The notes under the pieces were generated by a model. That model searched no databases and was not told the origin of the DNA. It saw nothing but the letters and a program-made list of their open reading frames with translations. A stretch of 39,090 nucleotides of DNA, taken from NCBI GenBank assembly GCA_031271635.1, contig JAISVG010000044.1, forward strand, positions 1-39,090, read 5' to 3'. The DNA comes from Erysipelotrichaceae bacterium (GTDB lineage: Bacteria > Bacillota_I > Bacilli_A > RFN20 > CAG-826). Position numbers and translations under genes: made by a program. Shown piece by piece: positions 27,968-37,123 of this stretch (position 1 is its first letter; every line of letters starts with the position of its first letter).

Positions 27968-29299
27968 ATGGCCAATCTTGATATTGCAGTGCGTTTTACC
28001 GATGATCTTTATGCTACTAAGGCTGAAGTAAAGCAGGAATTAAGATTGATTTCAGTTGATTCACTATGGCCAAATATCCTTGCATATCGCGCCTTTTTTA
28101 ACCGGGAACTTGAAATTTTTAATCATCGTGGAGCGAGTTTTTCGCTTAATCTAAACCCCGGTTTTTTAGGTCGACTTAGCGAACTGGATTTAAAGATTTT
28201 GAAACTAACATTATTAGGAGAGTCTCATCAAACCACGCTTTATGAACTGGTTTTAAAGGAAGTGGCCCGTTATCACCAGCAAGTAATTAGTAGTGACTTT
28301 GCCGTTAAAGTAAAAACTAATCAGGTCACGGCGATAAATCGTGAGCAAATCCCCATTATAAATTATGGCTTTGCCTTAAATGATTTATTAAGTGAAGTAA
28401 AACCACTTAGTGAAGAAACTATTAAACTTGTTGCAGCAAAGTTTCTTCTTGATGATCCTAAGACACTTCAGTACCGCCTCCACGAACTCGAAACTCAAAC
28501 TCTTAATAATCTTGAAGCAGCAACGGTACCAGCGCATTTAATTCGTGATGTTATCACTAAAACGCTTGATTTTGTTAGTCAAGAAAAACTCCCATTTTCG
28601 TTAAGAATCATGGTACTTCAGTTTATCATCTTATATACCAAACCCTTTACCTATAATAGCGAGGAGTTATCACTATTACTAATGAAGCTTGGAGCAGCCT
28701 CGCTCCTTGGAACTCCTCTTGGGGCCTTGCTTCCCTTTGAAGGGCTTCTTTTTGAACTAGAGGATTTAAAGCCGGCTTTTGAAGCGACCATGATAAATAG
28801 CGATTTAACCTATTATCTTGATGCTGTGACCAAGATACTACTAAGTGCCTGTGATCAAGCTACTAACGCCTTAGCGGCGTTTCCCACCTTAGTTTCTGAA
28901 AACCCCGCCCCTTTAATGGAGAATCAGCCAGAAGAAAGCGTTCCTACAGTAAAAGAGACAGCAGTTCCTAAAGAAGGTCAAACTGTAAGTTATTTAGTGG
29001 ATGTGGCCCTCCCGCGGATTCCCATTGGTTATAGTAAGATGGAAGCGGAAAACTTAGTTTTACATCTTCTTGAAATCGAGCCGAAAATGAAAAAGATGGA
29101 AGCAAAATTTTATGCTCATCACTGCACAAAAGGGAAATATTACACTATTTCACAATTTAAGCATTATAATAATTGTGTTTACGAAACCGCGAGGACTTCA
29201 ATGGATCACTTAGTTGAGATGGGGTATTATTCAAAACAACAGATTAAGAATAAGTTCGTTTACACCCCGATTAACAAACGGAAGGAAGGAGTAGTATGA
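27968..29299 (+). CDS. hypothetical protein; Fic-fold-like with a degenerate active-site motif and a C-terminal winged-helix-like domain (tentative)
   Basis: 443-aa ORF. My by-eye alignment places ..LQFIILYTKPFTYNSEELSLLLMKL.. on the Fic core ..IHPFxDGNGRxxRLL.. The C-terminus YYTISQFKHYNNCVYETARTSMDHLVEMGYY resembles the wHTH found at the end of many Fic proteins. Coding status is solid but the family call is tentative. Confidence 0.45.
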   Translation: MANLDIAVRFTDDLYATKAEVKQELRLISVDSLWPNILAYRAFFNRELEIFNHRGASFSLNLNPGFLGRLSELDLKILKLTLLGESHQTTLYELVLKEVARYHQQVISSDFAVKVKTNQVTAINREQIPIINYGFALNDLLSEVKPLSEETIKLVAAKFLLDDPKTLQYRLHELETQTLNNLEAATVPAHLIRDVITKTLDFVSQEKLPFSLRIMVLQFIILYTKPFTYNSEELSLLLMKLGAASLLGTPLGALLPFEGLLFELEDLKPAFEATMINSDLTYYLDAVTKILLSACDQATNALAAFPTLVSENPAPLMENQPEESVPTVKETAVPKEGQTVSYLVDVALPRIPIGYSKMEAENLVLHLLEIEPKMKKMEAKFYAHHCTKGKYYTISQFKHYNNCVYETARTSMDHLVEMGYYSKQQIKNKFVYTPINKRKEGVV

Positions 29300-29553
29300 T
29301 TGTTAAACTTGCAGCGAGCGACGCCTCAATTTGGATTGTAATTTTTTTAATTGCTTTCTTTGGAGGGATTGCCCTTCTGACCTTTATTTTGTATCGTGTC
29401 TTACGTTTAAATAAAAAAGACCGGCTTCATAAAAAATCTGAAGACGAAATTGCAAGAGAAGAATTAAATCGCGTTCTTGAACCAATTAAGGACAAAGAGA
29501 TCCAAAAACAGATGAATGAATATCAAAAAGAGAATCAGTCTAAGTCCGAATAA
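29296..29553 (+). CDS. small single-pass membrane protein with a charged C-terminal tail
   Basis: 85 aa. ATGA overlap with the preceding stop. One TM helix (IWIVIFLIAFFGGIALLTFILY) followed by a Lys/Glu-rich tail. Confidence 0.55.
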   Translation: MIVKLAASDASIWIVIFLIAFFGGIALLTFILYRVLRLNKKDRLHKKSEDEIAREELNRVLEPIKDKEIQKQMNEYQKENQSKSE

Positions 29554-30649
29554 CGCCCTTTATCTTCATTTACCTTTTTGCCGTTTAATGTGTTCTTATT
29601 GTGCTTATCCTAAAGTTTTGTTGCATGATAAATTCGTGCGTCCTTATTTAGAAGCTTTAAAACAAGAACTAGTTAGCTTAAACATTAAACCCTCGACCAT
29701 TAAAAGTATTTATCTTGGCGGCGGGACTCCCAATGCTTTAAGTGATGATGATCTTAAAACTCTTCTTATGATGCTTAAACCTTACTATCATTATGGGGTC
29801 GAATATACCATTGAAATGAATCCGGAACTAGTGACTACTTCCCAATTAGAGTTGCTACAACGTTTTCACATTAATCGTCTTTCAATAGGAGTTCAGACCT
29901 TTAATGAGAAGTATCTTCAAGAGATTAAGCGTCACCATAATTATCGCCTAGTTAAAACGGTCATCAAAACAGCGCGAGATCATCACTTTAACAACATCTC
30001 TCTTGACCTCATGTATGGCTTTAAGAACCAAAGCGAAGCCGAATTATTAGAAGATTTAGCAAAACTAATCAGTCTCAAGGTCGAACATGTTTCTTTATAT
30101 CCCTTAATGATTGAACCTGGTACCGTATTTGGAATTAATAAATACCCCGAGATGGATGAAACCACCTTCTATCGTTATTATCACTTGGTTCGTAAAACCT
30201 TAAAACAAGCTGGTTTTCATCATTATGAAGTGGTGAATTTTGCTAAAGACTCGCGCTTCTATTCAAGACATAATCTTACTTATTGGACCCTTCAACCCTA
30301 TTATGGAGTGGGTTTAGGCGCCGCTAGTTATGTAAAAGAGAAAAGAAGTAATAATACCCATAACTTAACGAAGTATCTAAAAGGTGATTTTAAGGAGTAC
30401 GAAACCTTAGAAACCAAGAAAGAGGCAATGGAGAATTATGTGATTTTTGGCCTACGATTACGAAAAGGGATTAGTATTAAAGCCTTTGAAGCGTTTTTTT
30501 CAGTTTCTTTTAATGACATTTGCGGGACAATAGCCGAAAAACTTATCGAACAAAAGCTCCTTTATCGGAGAGGGCAATATTTAAGAGTGCCAGTAAAACA
30601 GTTACTACTACTTGATTATATCGGGCGAGAATTTATTCTTGATGATTAA
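29516..30649 (+). CDS. hemW: radical SAM HemW-type heme chaperone (HemN-like)
   Basis: 377 aa with LYLHLPFCRLMCSYCAY (CxxxCxxC), YLGGGTP and a HemN_C-like tail. Conserved lepA-hemW neighbourhood. The 5' end overlaps the previous ORF by 38 nt. Confidence 0.85.
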   Translation: MNIKKRISLSPNNALYLHLPFCRLMCSYCAYPKVLLHDKFVRPYLEALKQELVSLNIKPSTIKSIYLGGGTPNALSDDDLKTLLMMLKPYYHYGVEYTIEMNPELVTTSQLELLQRFHINRLSIGVQTFNEKYLQEIKRHHNYRLVKTVIKTARDHHFNNISLDLMYGFKNQSEAELLEDLAKLISLKVEHVSLYPLMIEPGTVFGINKYPEMDETTFYRYYHLVRKTLKQAGFHHYEVVNFAKDSRFYSRHNLTYWTLQPYYGVGLGAASYVKEKRSNNTHNLTKYLKGDFKEYETLETKKEAMENYVIFGLRLRKGISIKAFEAFFSVSFNDICGTIAEKLIEQKLLYRRGQYLRVPVKQLLLLDYIGREFILDD

Positions 30650-30665
30650 ATCCCAGAAAACAAAT

Positions 30666-30693
30666 TTGCTTTTAAAATTTTGCATGCTATAAT
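30666..30693 (+). promoter_or_regulatory. promoter of the Fic/Doc-family gene
   Basis: TTGCTT at 30666-30671, 16-nt spacer, extended -10 TGCTATAAT at 30685-30693. Confidence 0.5.
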
Positions 30694-30746
30694 GTATTTG
30701 TGAAACAAATCTATTGTTTTTTTCCAAAAATGTTTCACATATATTG

Positions 30747-31673
30747 ATGATGGAAACTAAATTAGTAACGTTGGTAAATGAAAGAGTCAAGTTGCGGCAA
30801 AGACTTGAAAGCCTTTTGTATGGAACGGTGGAGATCAGAATTAAGGATGATAAAAAATATCTTTATGTTCATTACCGTGAAAACGGTCTTGCTTATACTA
30901 AATATGCTGGGGTGTATAACGAAGAACTTTATCGTTTGATTCTAAAAAACAACATTGAGGCGAGAAACCTTAAAAAAGCGCTGAGAGAGATTAATAAAAC
31001 TTTAAAAACCTTTAATTATGTCGCAAAAGAATTGAGCGAAAAAATTAAAGTAAATATCGATTTTGTGAGAAAACATCTAGTAGAAACCGTCTATAAGCAA
31101 GTGGTTTTAGAGGATATTGCCGCAACATATCTTGACACTGAAACAATTATTGATGGCGGTAAAGTAAATGGTCTTGTAGCTACAGACGTTTTGAAAATCC
31201 TTAACTTAAAACACGCTTGGGACTTTGTTCTAAATGAAAATATCATTACTTTAGTGACTAGTTTTGAAATTCTTTGTGATATTAATCGACTTGTTACCGA
31301 AGGTTTCTATTATAATGCTGGAACAATACGCAGCGTTCCAGTATCAATCGGGGGAACTTCGTGGCAACCACCAGTACCAATAAAACAAGTGGTAATCGAG
31401 GAACTAAATCAAATTCTTAGTTCTAAAATATTGTTAGAGGATAAAGCAATTGCGTTACTTTTATATGTTATGAAGCGACAGATTTTTCTTGATGGTAATA
31501 AAAGGACGGCTGTCATTTTTGCGAATCACTTATTAATTTCAAAGGGTTTCGGAATTATTGCTATTTCTGAGTCCTTAGTGCCGCAATATAAAGTGCTTCT
31601 AATTTCCTATTATGAGGGCAAGGATGAAACTATTAAAACCTTTTTGAAACAGCATTGCCTTGTAAGAATTTAA
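30747..31673 (+). CDS. Fic/Doc-family protein with a variant motif (QIFLDGNKRT)
   Basis: 308 aa from ATG 30747 (MMETKL..; the TTG start at 30714 is unlikely). Has GTIRSVPVSIGG and a Doc-like core FLDGNKRTAVIFANHLL, with Gln (CAG, 31479-31481) where the catalytic His is expected. Confidence 0.7.
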   Translation: MMETKLVTLVNERVKLRQRLESLLYGTVEIRIKDDKKYLYVHYRENGLAYTKYAGVYNEELYRLILKNNIEARNLKKALREINKTLKTFNYVAKELSEKIKVNIDFVRKHLVETVYKQVVLEDIAATYLDTETIIDGGKVNGLVATDVLKILNLKHAWDFVLNENIITLVTSFEILCDINRLVTEGFYYNAGTIRSVPVSIGGTSWQPPVPIKQVVIEELNQILSSKILLEDKAIALLLYVMKRQIFLDGNKRTAVIFANHLLISKGFGIIAISESLVPQYKVLLISYYEGKDETIKTFLKQHCLVRI

Positions 31674-31911
31674 GGGGAAAATATTCGATGATTAGTGGAT
31701 TTTGGTTTTAATGTCTTAATCACTAACATATTTGATAACTAAATGAAGAAATGAGGGCTTTGTTTATTATGTTAATGAGGGGCGATTCTTCTTCTTAATA
31801 CGAAAAAGATGGAAATAGCGATAATTAAGATTTATTTATCTTGTTAAACTGCTACAATATGATAGTTATGTTGAATCATGACTTTTGATGACTATTAAGG
31901 AGGAAAATGAG

Positions 31912-34812
31912 ATGTTGGAACTAAAAAGCATTAAAAAAGACTATCAAGTTGGCGATGGTGTTGTTCATGCCCTTAAAGGTCTTAGTTTTGTGCTTCGTAA
32001 AAATGAGTTTGTGGCCATTTTAGGGCCTTCTGGCTGTGGTAAAACCACCTTACTTAATATTATCGGTGGTCTTGATAAGGCTACTGATGGTGACCTTGTG
32101 ATTAATGGTCTTAGTACCAAACATTATAAGGACCGCGATTGGGATGTCTACCGTAACCATCGCATTGGTTTTATTTTCCAAAGTTATAATTTGATTCCGC
32201 ATCAAAATGTCTTAAGTAACGTCGAACTAGCCTTGACTATTTCTGGCATGGGAAAAGAAGAACGGATTCAAAAAGCTAAAGAGGCCTTAGACCGTGTGGG
32301 ATTAAGCGATAAATACTATAAGAAGCCAAATCAACTATCTGGTGGTCAATGTCAACGTGTTGCGATCGCAAGAGCCCTCGTTAATAACCCAGAAATCCTT
32401 CTTGCTGATGAACCAACCGGCGCGCTTGATACTACTACTTCCGAACAAATCATGGATTTAATTGCCGAAATCGCCAAAGAACGACTCGTTATTATGGTGA
32501 CCCACAACAGCGAACTTGCGAAACGTTATGCGAACCGCACGATTCGGTTATTAGATGGGGAATTAGTTAGTGATAGTAATCCGATTCAGAGTGCGGAACA
32601 AGCAAGGATTAGGGAAGAAGACGCCGCTGAGATTCAAGCTTTAAAAGTGAGCAAAGAAAAAGCAAAAATGTCACTGGTTACTTCTTTTAAACTCTCGATT
32701 AATAACTTAGTTTCGAAGCGTCGTCGTTCAATTTTAACTAGTATTGCCTCTTCGATTGGCATTATTGGGATTTCTTTAGTGCTCGCGATTTCTTATGGCG
32801 TTCAAAACTATATTAATAAGATGCAAAATGATATGCTTGCTGGCTATCCGATCACCGTGAGCGAGACGACCTTTGACATTAACCAACTAGAGGCGGCCTT
32901 TACGACTCAAGATCAAATTGATATTGTTGCGAAAGGCGATTATGTGAATATTTCACAAATGATGGAAGAGCTTTATGCTCGCTTTGAAGAAATGGACGAC
33001 TTCATGATTGAAAATAACATTTCTAAAACTTATGTTGATTTCTTATCACAGATGTCACAAGATGCTTATGCGGCCTTAGAATATGATTACGGTCTTAATT
33101 TGGCCGCTAATTTTTATACGGATTTTAATGATTCATCAATTGCTTATCCTGAAGGTCGTAATACCTCGCTTGCGACGATTAAATCGATGTACACCTCGAT
33201 TACTGAAAATATTATGGGCTTTGATCAGTTTTCTTCATTAATTAGCATGCTGGCAAATCCTTTTAGACAGGCTCCGGATACCACTAACCCAACGACAGAG
33301 TCATATATGCTCTCTCAATATGAAGTTCTTTATAAAACTAATGAAACTGGCATTGCAAAGGCTGCGGATGAAATCATGATTGTTGTCAATAAGAATCGTG
33401 AGGTAACTGATTTAATGCTGGGGCAACTTGGTTATTATTCACAAGAAGAATTTGTCGATATTATTAACCGGATTGTGGATCCTAATTATGTCTCATCTTT
33501 AGAAATATCGCCGCAAATTGCGTATGAAACACTAACAAACAAAGGTTTTACCTATTTTCCAAATGACAGTATTTATACCTATACGCCACAGAAACTAAGT
33601 GGTGGCATTGGGGAGGCCTTTTCTTATCAGCCATATAAGACTGATTTAACTAATGGTAAGCCGCTTAAGGTGGTGGGAATTTTAGAACCTAAAGAGGGTC
33701 TTAATTACGGGATGCTCGCTTCAGGTTTTTATTATACAAGCGCTCTTGCGGAAGAAATGATTCAGGAGAACTATGATAGCGAAGTCGCAAAGTATCTTCG
33801 TGGCACAGCCCCAGACGGAACCACGGTCACCAAACGAGAAAGTCTTTCAGGTAGTGTCGCTTTAATTAGAAAAGGTGATCTCGTTGAATACCCATCAGGT
33901 TCAGGAAACTATATCCCGGCCCCAGCAGATGTTCTGGTTCCGGTTCAAGGTCAGGTTATTTCATATACTTATCAGTTTTCAATTAATGAGATTGTTGATC
34001 AAAATGCGATTGGAGTGCTGGGGTCAACTTCACTTGCGGGCTTACTTTCTTCCGTAATGCCCTCAGAAACAACCACTACTGATGGTCCAGCCTTAGTAAT
34101 GACAGCAATCAGCATGACCTCGCTTGGAGGCAATGTTAATGCTAAAATCATCAAAGATGATGCTGGGAAGATTCTTGAATGGGATATTATTCTTGAAGCC
34201 GATGGTCAGGCTTTCCCCATTCCACGAAGTATTGCCATTTATAACCATAACTTTGAACAAAAAGAACTAGCGCTTCAATACTTAGACATCTGGAATAGTG
34301 ACAAGGTGCTTGAGATTGGTGGCGTCTTAGTACCTAAAACCGAGCGTGAAGATATTACCTATTTGGATACTTTATCTTTAATCTTCGGGATGATTAAAAC
34401 CGTCATTGATATTGTTACGATTGCCTTAATTGGCTTTACCTCGCTGGCGCTTTTTGTCTCTTGTGTGATGATTGCGATTATTACTTATATTTCGATTGTC
34501 GAACGCACTAAGGAAATTGGGGTGATTCGTTCCTTAGGAGGTCGCAAAAAAGATGTCTCCGCCTTATTTGTTTGTGAAACAGCTATTATTGGCTTAGCAG
34601 CGGGAGCAATTGCGATCGGCTTTACTTATTTTGCTTCGCTCATTATTAATCTTATTACCACTCATTATGCCGGTGTTACCATCGCGGTTTTTCCGTGGTT
34701 CTACGCCCTAATGATGCTCAGTTTATCAATTCTTCTCACCCTAGTATCCGGCTTTATTCCCTCACGAAGTGCGGCGAAAAAAGACCCAGTTGAAGCATTA
34801 AGAAGCGAATAG
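31912..34812 (+). CDS. fused ABC transporter: MacB/LolD-type ATPase plus FtsX-type permease with a large extracytoplasmic domain
   Basis: 966 aa from ATG 31912 (SD AAGGAGG 8 nt upstream). Has GPSGCGKTT, LSGGQCQRVAIARAL and LLADEPTGALD, then a TM helix, a roughly 560-aa external domain and a C-terminal FtsX three-helix bundle. Confidence 0.85.
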   Translation: MLELKSIKKDYQVGDGVVHALKGLSFVLRKNEFVAILGPSGCGKTTLLNIIGGLDKATDGDLVINGLSTKHYKDRDWDVYRNHRIGFIFQSYNLIPHQNVLSNVELALTISGMGKEERIQKAKEALDRVGLSDKYYKKPNQLSGGQCQRVAIARALVNNPEILLADEPTGALDTTTSEQIMDLIAEIAKERLVIMVTHNSELAKRYANRTIRLLDGELVSDSNPIQSAEQARIREEDAAEIQALKVSKEKAKMSLVTSFKLSINNLVSKRRRSILTSIASSIGIIGISLVLAISYGVQNYINKMQNDMLAGYPITVSETTFDINQLEAAFTTQDQIDIVAKGDYVNISQMMEELYARFEEMDDFMIENNISKTYVDFLSQMSQDAYAALEYDYGLNLAANFYTDFNDSSIAYPEGRNTSLATIKSMYTSITENIMGFDQFSSLISMLANPFRQAPDTTNPTTESYMLSQYEVLYKTNETGIAKAADEIMIVVNKNREVTDLMLGQLGYYSQEEFVDIINRIVDPNYVSSLEISPQIAYETLTNKGFTYFPNDSIYTYTPQKLSGGIGEAFSYQPYKTDLTNGKPLKVVGILEPKEGLNYGMLASGFYYTSALAEEMIQENYDSEVAKYLRGTAPDGTTVTKRESLSGSVALIRKGDLVEYPSGSGNYIPAPADVLVPVQGQVISYTYQFSINEIVDQNAIGVLGSTSLAGLLSSVMPSETTTTDGPALVMTAISMTSLGGNVNAKIIKDDAGKILEWDIILEADGQAFPIPRSIAIYNHNFEQKELALQYLDIWNSDKVLEIGGVLVPKTEREDITYLDTLSLIFGMIKTVIDIVTIALIGFTSLALFVSCVMIAIITYISIVERTKEIGVIRSLGGRKKDVSALFVCETAIIGLAAGAIAIGFTYFASLIINLITTHYAGVTIAVFPWFYALMMLSLSILLTLVSGFIPSRSAAKKDPVEALRSE

Positions 34813-34813
34813 T

Positions 34814-37123
34814 TTAGTGTTGTCGTTTCTTACGATACTCTAAAACACCAAGCAGAACTAGGCCCAAAGTAAGCGCTGAAACCATTAGAACGATAATTAA
34901 TGGTGAACTTCCTTTTGAGGGATCACCAGTTAAAGTATAAACGGGAGTCGTAATCGTAAGCGCGTAGAAATACTCTAATCTTTCAAGGTAAGTGGAACCA
35001 TCATTTTCATCAATGACTAAAGTCGCTAGATAAGTTCTCTCATTATCTGCAAGAGCGTAATAATGTTCATATGCCATAATGGCTGAGTCATAATCATCAC
35101 AAGTAAGTGCTTCAATTAAGCTTTGAACATTTTGGACAAAAGGCGAAAGTGCAGCATATTCACTAACTGTCGCATCATATTTCTTGTTGTCACTAGCGGT
35201 GATCCGTCTTAATTCAAAATACGGAACGACAGTCTCTCCAGTATTAAAAGTTAAATCCACGGTTTGAAGCCTAGTTCCATCAATTTCTTTAGAAAAGATG
35301 ATGCTAATATTAGTGGTTCCTGCTACCAGAAAAGTATAAAGATTGTTTCCTAAGGAAGTCATTGGTACTCCAGGCCAAGTCGCTTGACGACCATCAGGTC
35401 CCCAGACATAGGCATAGGGTTCTTGATCAGAATCAAGCCATGCGGTATCATTCGTGCTCATGAAGACGCGAACGCGGCTCTCTGGAATCACATAACCACC
35501 ATCATTCGCGTTCAGGGTAATCCCTTGATTTGTTAGTACTTTTAAGACAATCGTGCCCTTATTAGGAATTTTAAGAATATTAGTTTCTAAAGAAGCCGGA
35601 GCACCATCATTTAAGATGACAGAACCACTAAGGGCGAAAGTACCGCCAATTAGTTCAATGTCGATACTAACTGAGGACATGTTATGAATGACAAGGGAAC
35701 TTTCGTTATCTTTTGTCATTGTATAGGTTACAAGACTGTTCATCCGACTTCCCGTAATATTAATAGGTTGGAGTTTTCCATTATATAGTTCGGGATAGCT
35801 ATTCTTTAAGGCTAAAATCTTTTTATAGTGATTAAAGATAGAGTTAGGATCATTTCGATCTTGGTCGGCAGTGTTATTGCTGATAGTTTTAGTAGTGGTA
35901 CCAGCATTCATGTAATCAGTACTTACTGTGCGTCCACTTTCCCAAGGCATTGGAGTACGGTATCCCTGGTCAGCAAAGCCATCTGAAGTTCCCGTCATAC
36001 CGAGTTCATCACCATAATAAATGAAAGGATTACCCGGCATCAAGATTTGTAGTGATCCTGCCATTTTTGAGTTGACCATTGAACCATAATTATTTCTTCC
36101 GGTATCATGATTGTTGATAAAATAAGCCTCAATCGCATCAGGATTATTGTTTCTAATCTCAGTTTGAAACCATCTTAAGTAATTAGGGAGACCCTTACGG
36201 TCGGTACCATTAATAGCATTTCCAATTTTGCCATTAGTCGAAAAATTAAAACTCGAGTCAATGCTTCCATTATAAGAAGCGATTTTGCGATCATCAGTCC
36301 AGTTTTCACAGACAACATAAGTATTAGGATAGTCTTGTTTTAATGCGGTGGTAAATTCAAGGAGCCATTCCTTATTCTTTTCTGTGTCATCATTGGACCA
36401 TTTATCACCCTCATAGCTTTTCGTATAGATATGCATGGTGGCATCCATTCTAAACCCATGAATTCCTTTATTAAGCCAGTATTTGCCGATGTTAATGAAT
36501 TCTTGTCTTACCTCAGGATTATCAAAATTGAAATCCGGCATTCGACCCGAGAAGATTCCTTCATAGTAAACGCCATCGATATTATGCGGATGACGGGTTG
36601 TTTTGGTACTGGAGTAATTATACCAAGTCTTGTACTTTGAAGCACCATTATTCTGAAAGGCCTCTTTTCCTTCAAGGAACCACGGATGAGCGTTTGCCGA
36701 ATGATTCATAACTAAATCCATAATGAGATTAATGTCACGACTCTGACATTCACTGATGAGACGGTCAAGATCATATTTTACGCCATCAATAGTAGGTTCG
36801 TAAATTGGTTTGATGCTGTAATAATCAAGAACATCATAACCGTGGTAGGTAGTCGAGGGATGAGCTGGCGAAAGCCAGATGCCCGTAATTCCAAGGTCAT
36901 CAAGATAATCAAGTTTATCGATAATGCCCTTAAAGTCGCCGACACCATCACCATTACCATCCGCAAAGGAATAGACAAGAAGTTGGTAGTAGGAGTCGTA
37001 TCTCTCATCTATTGGAGTCGCAGCACTAGTTTTAGTAGGCGTCACTAAAGTAGTATTTTTAGCACAAAAGATGGTTCCAAGTAAAAGTAACCCAAGACTT
37101 AAATACGGCGTGATTTTTTTCAT
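34814..37123 (-). CDS. GH13 alpha-amylase-family glycosidase with signal peptide, putative starch-binding module and C-terminal TM anchor
   Basis: 769 aa. The four GH13 regions are DLVMNH, GFRMDATMH, VCENW and FINNHD. Also has an N-terminal signal sequence, a later YAYVWG..ATWPGVPM module, and a C-terminal hydrophobic helix plus KKRQH. SD GGGGAG lies upstream. Confidence 0.9.
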   Translation of the reverse strand: MKKITPYLSLGLLLLGTIFCAKNTTLVTPTKTSAATPIDERYDSYYQLLVYSFADGNGDGVGDFKGIIDKLDYLDDLGITGIWLSPAHPSTTYHGYDVLDYYSIKPIYEPTIDGVKYDLDRLISECQSRDINLIMDLVMNHSANAHPWFLEGKEAFQNNGASKYKTWYNYSSTKTTRHPHNIDGVYYEGIFSGRMPDFNFDNPEVRQEFINIGKYWLNKGIHGFRMDATMHIYTKSYEGDKWSNDDTEKNKEWLLEFTTALKQDYPNTYVVCENWTDDRKIASYNGSIDSSFNFSTNGKIGNAINGTDRKGLPNYLRWFQTEIRNNNPDAIEAYFINNHDTGRNNYGSMVNSKMAGSLQILMPGNPFIYYGDELGMTGTSDGFADQGYRTPMPWESGRTVSTDYMNAGTTTKTISNNTADQDRNDPNSIFNHYKKILALKNSYPELYNGKLQPINITGSRMNSLVTYTMTKDNESSLVIHNMSSVSIDIELIGGTFALSGSVILNDGAPASLETNILKIPNKGTIVLKVLTNQGITLNANDGGYVIPESRVRVFMSTNDTAWLDSDQEPYAYVWGPDGRQATWPGVPMTSLGNNLYTFLVAGTTNISIIFSKEIDGTRLQTVDLTFNTGETVVPYFELRRITASDNKKYDATVSEYAALSPFVQNVQSLIEALTCDDYDSAIMAYEHYYALADNERTYLATLVIDENDGSTYLERLEYFYALTITTPVYTLTGDPSKGSSPLIIVLMVSALTLGLVLLGVLEYRKKRQH

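Noticed and set aside
34817-34942. YTLTG followed by a hydrophobic helix and KKRQH at the amylase C-terminus, a possible LPXTG-like sortase signal.
   Set aside because: The motif lacks the Leu-Pro, the spacing to the helix is longer than usual, and no sortase or cell-wall genes are in view. It is more simply a C-terminal TM anchor.
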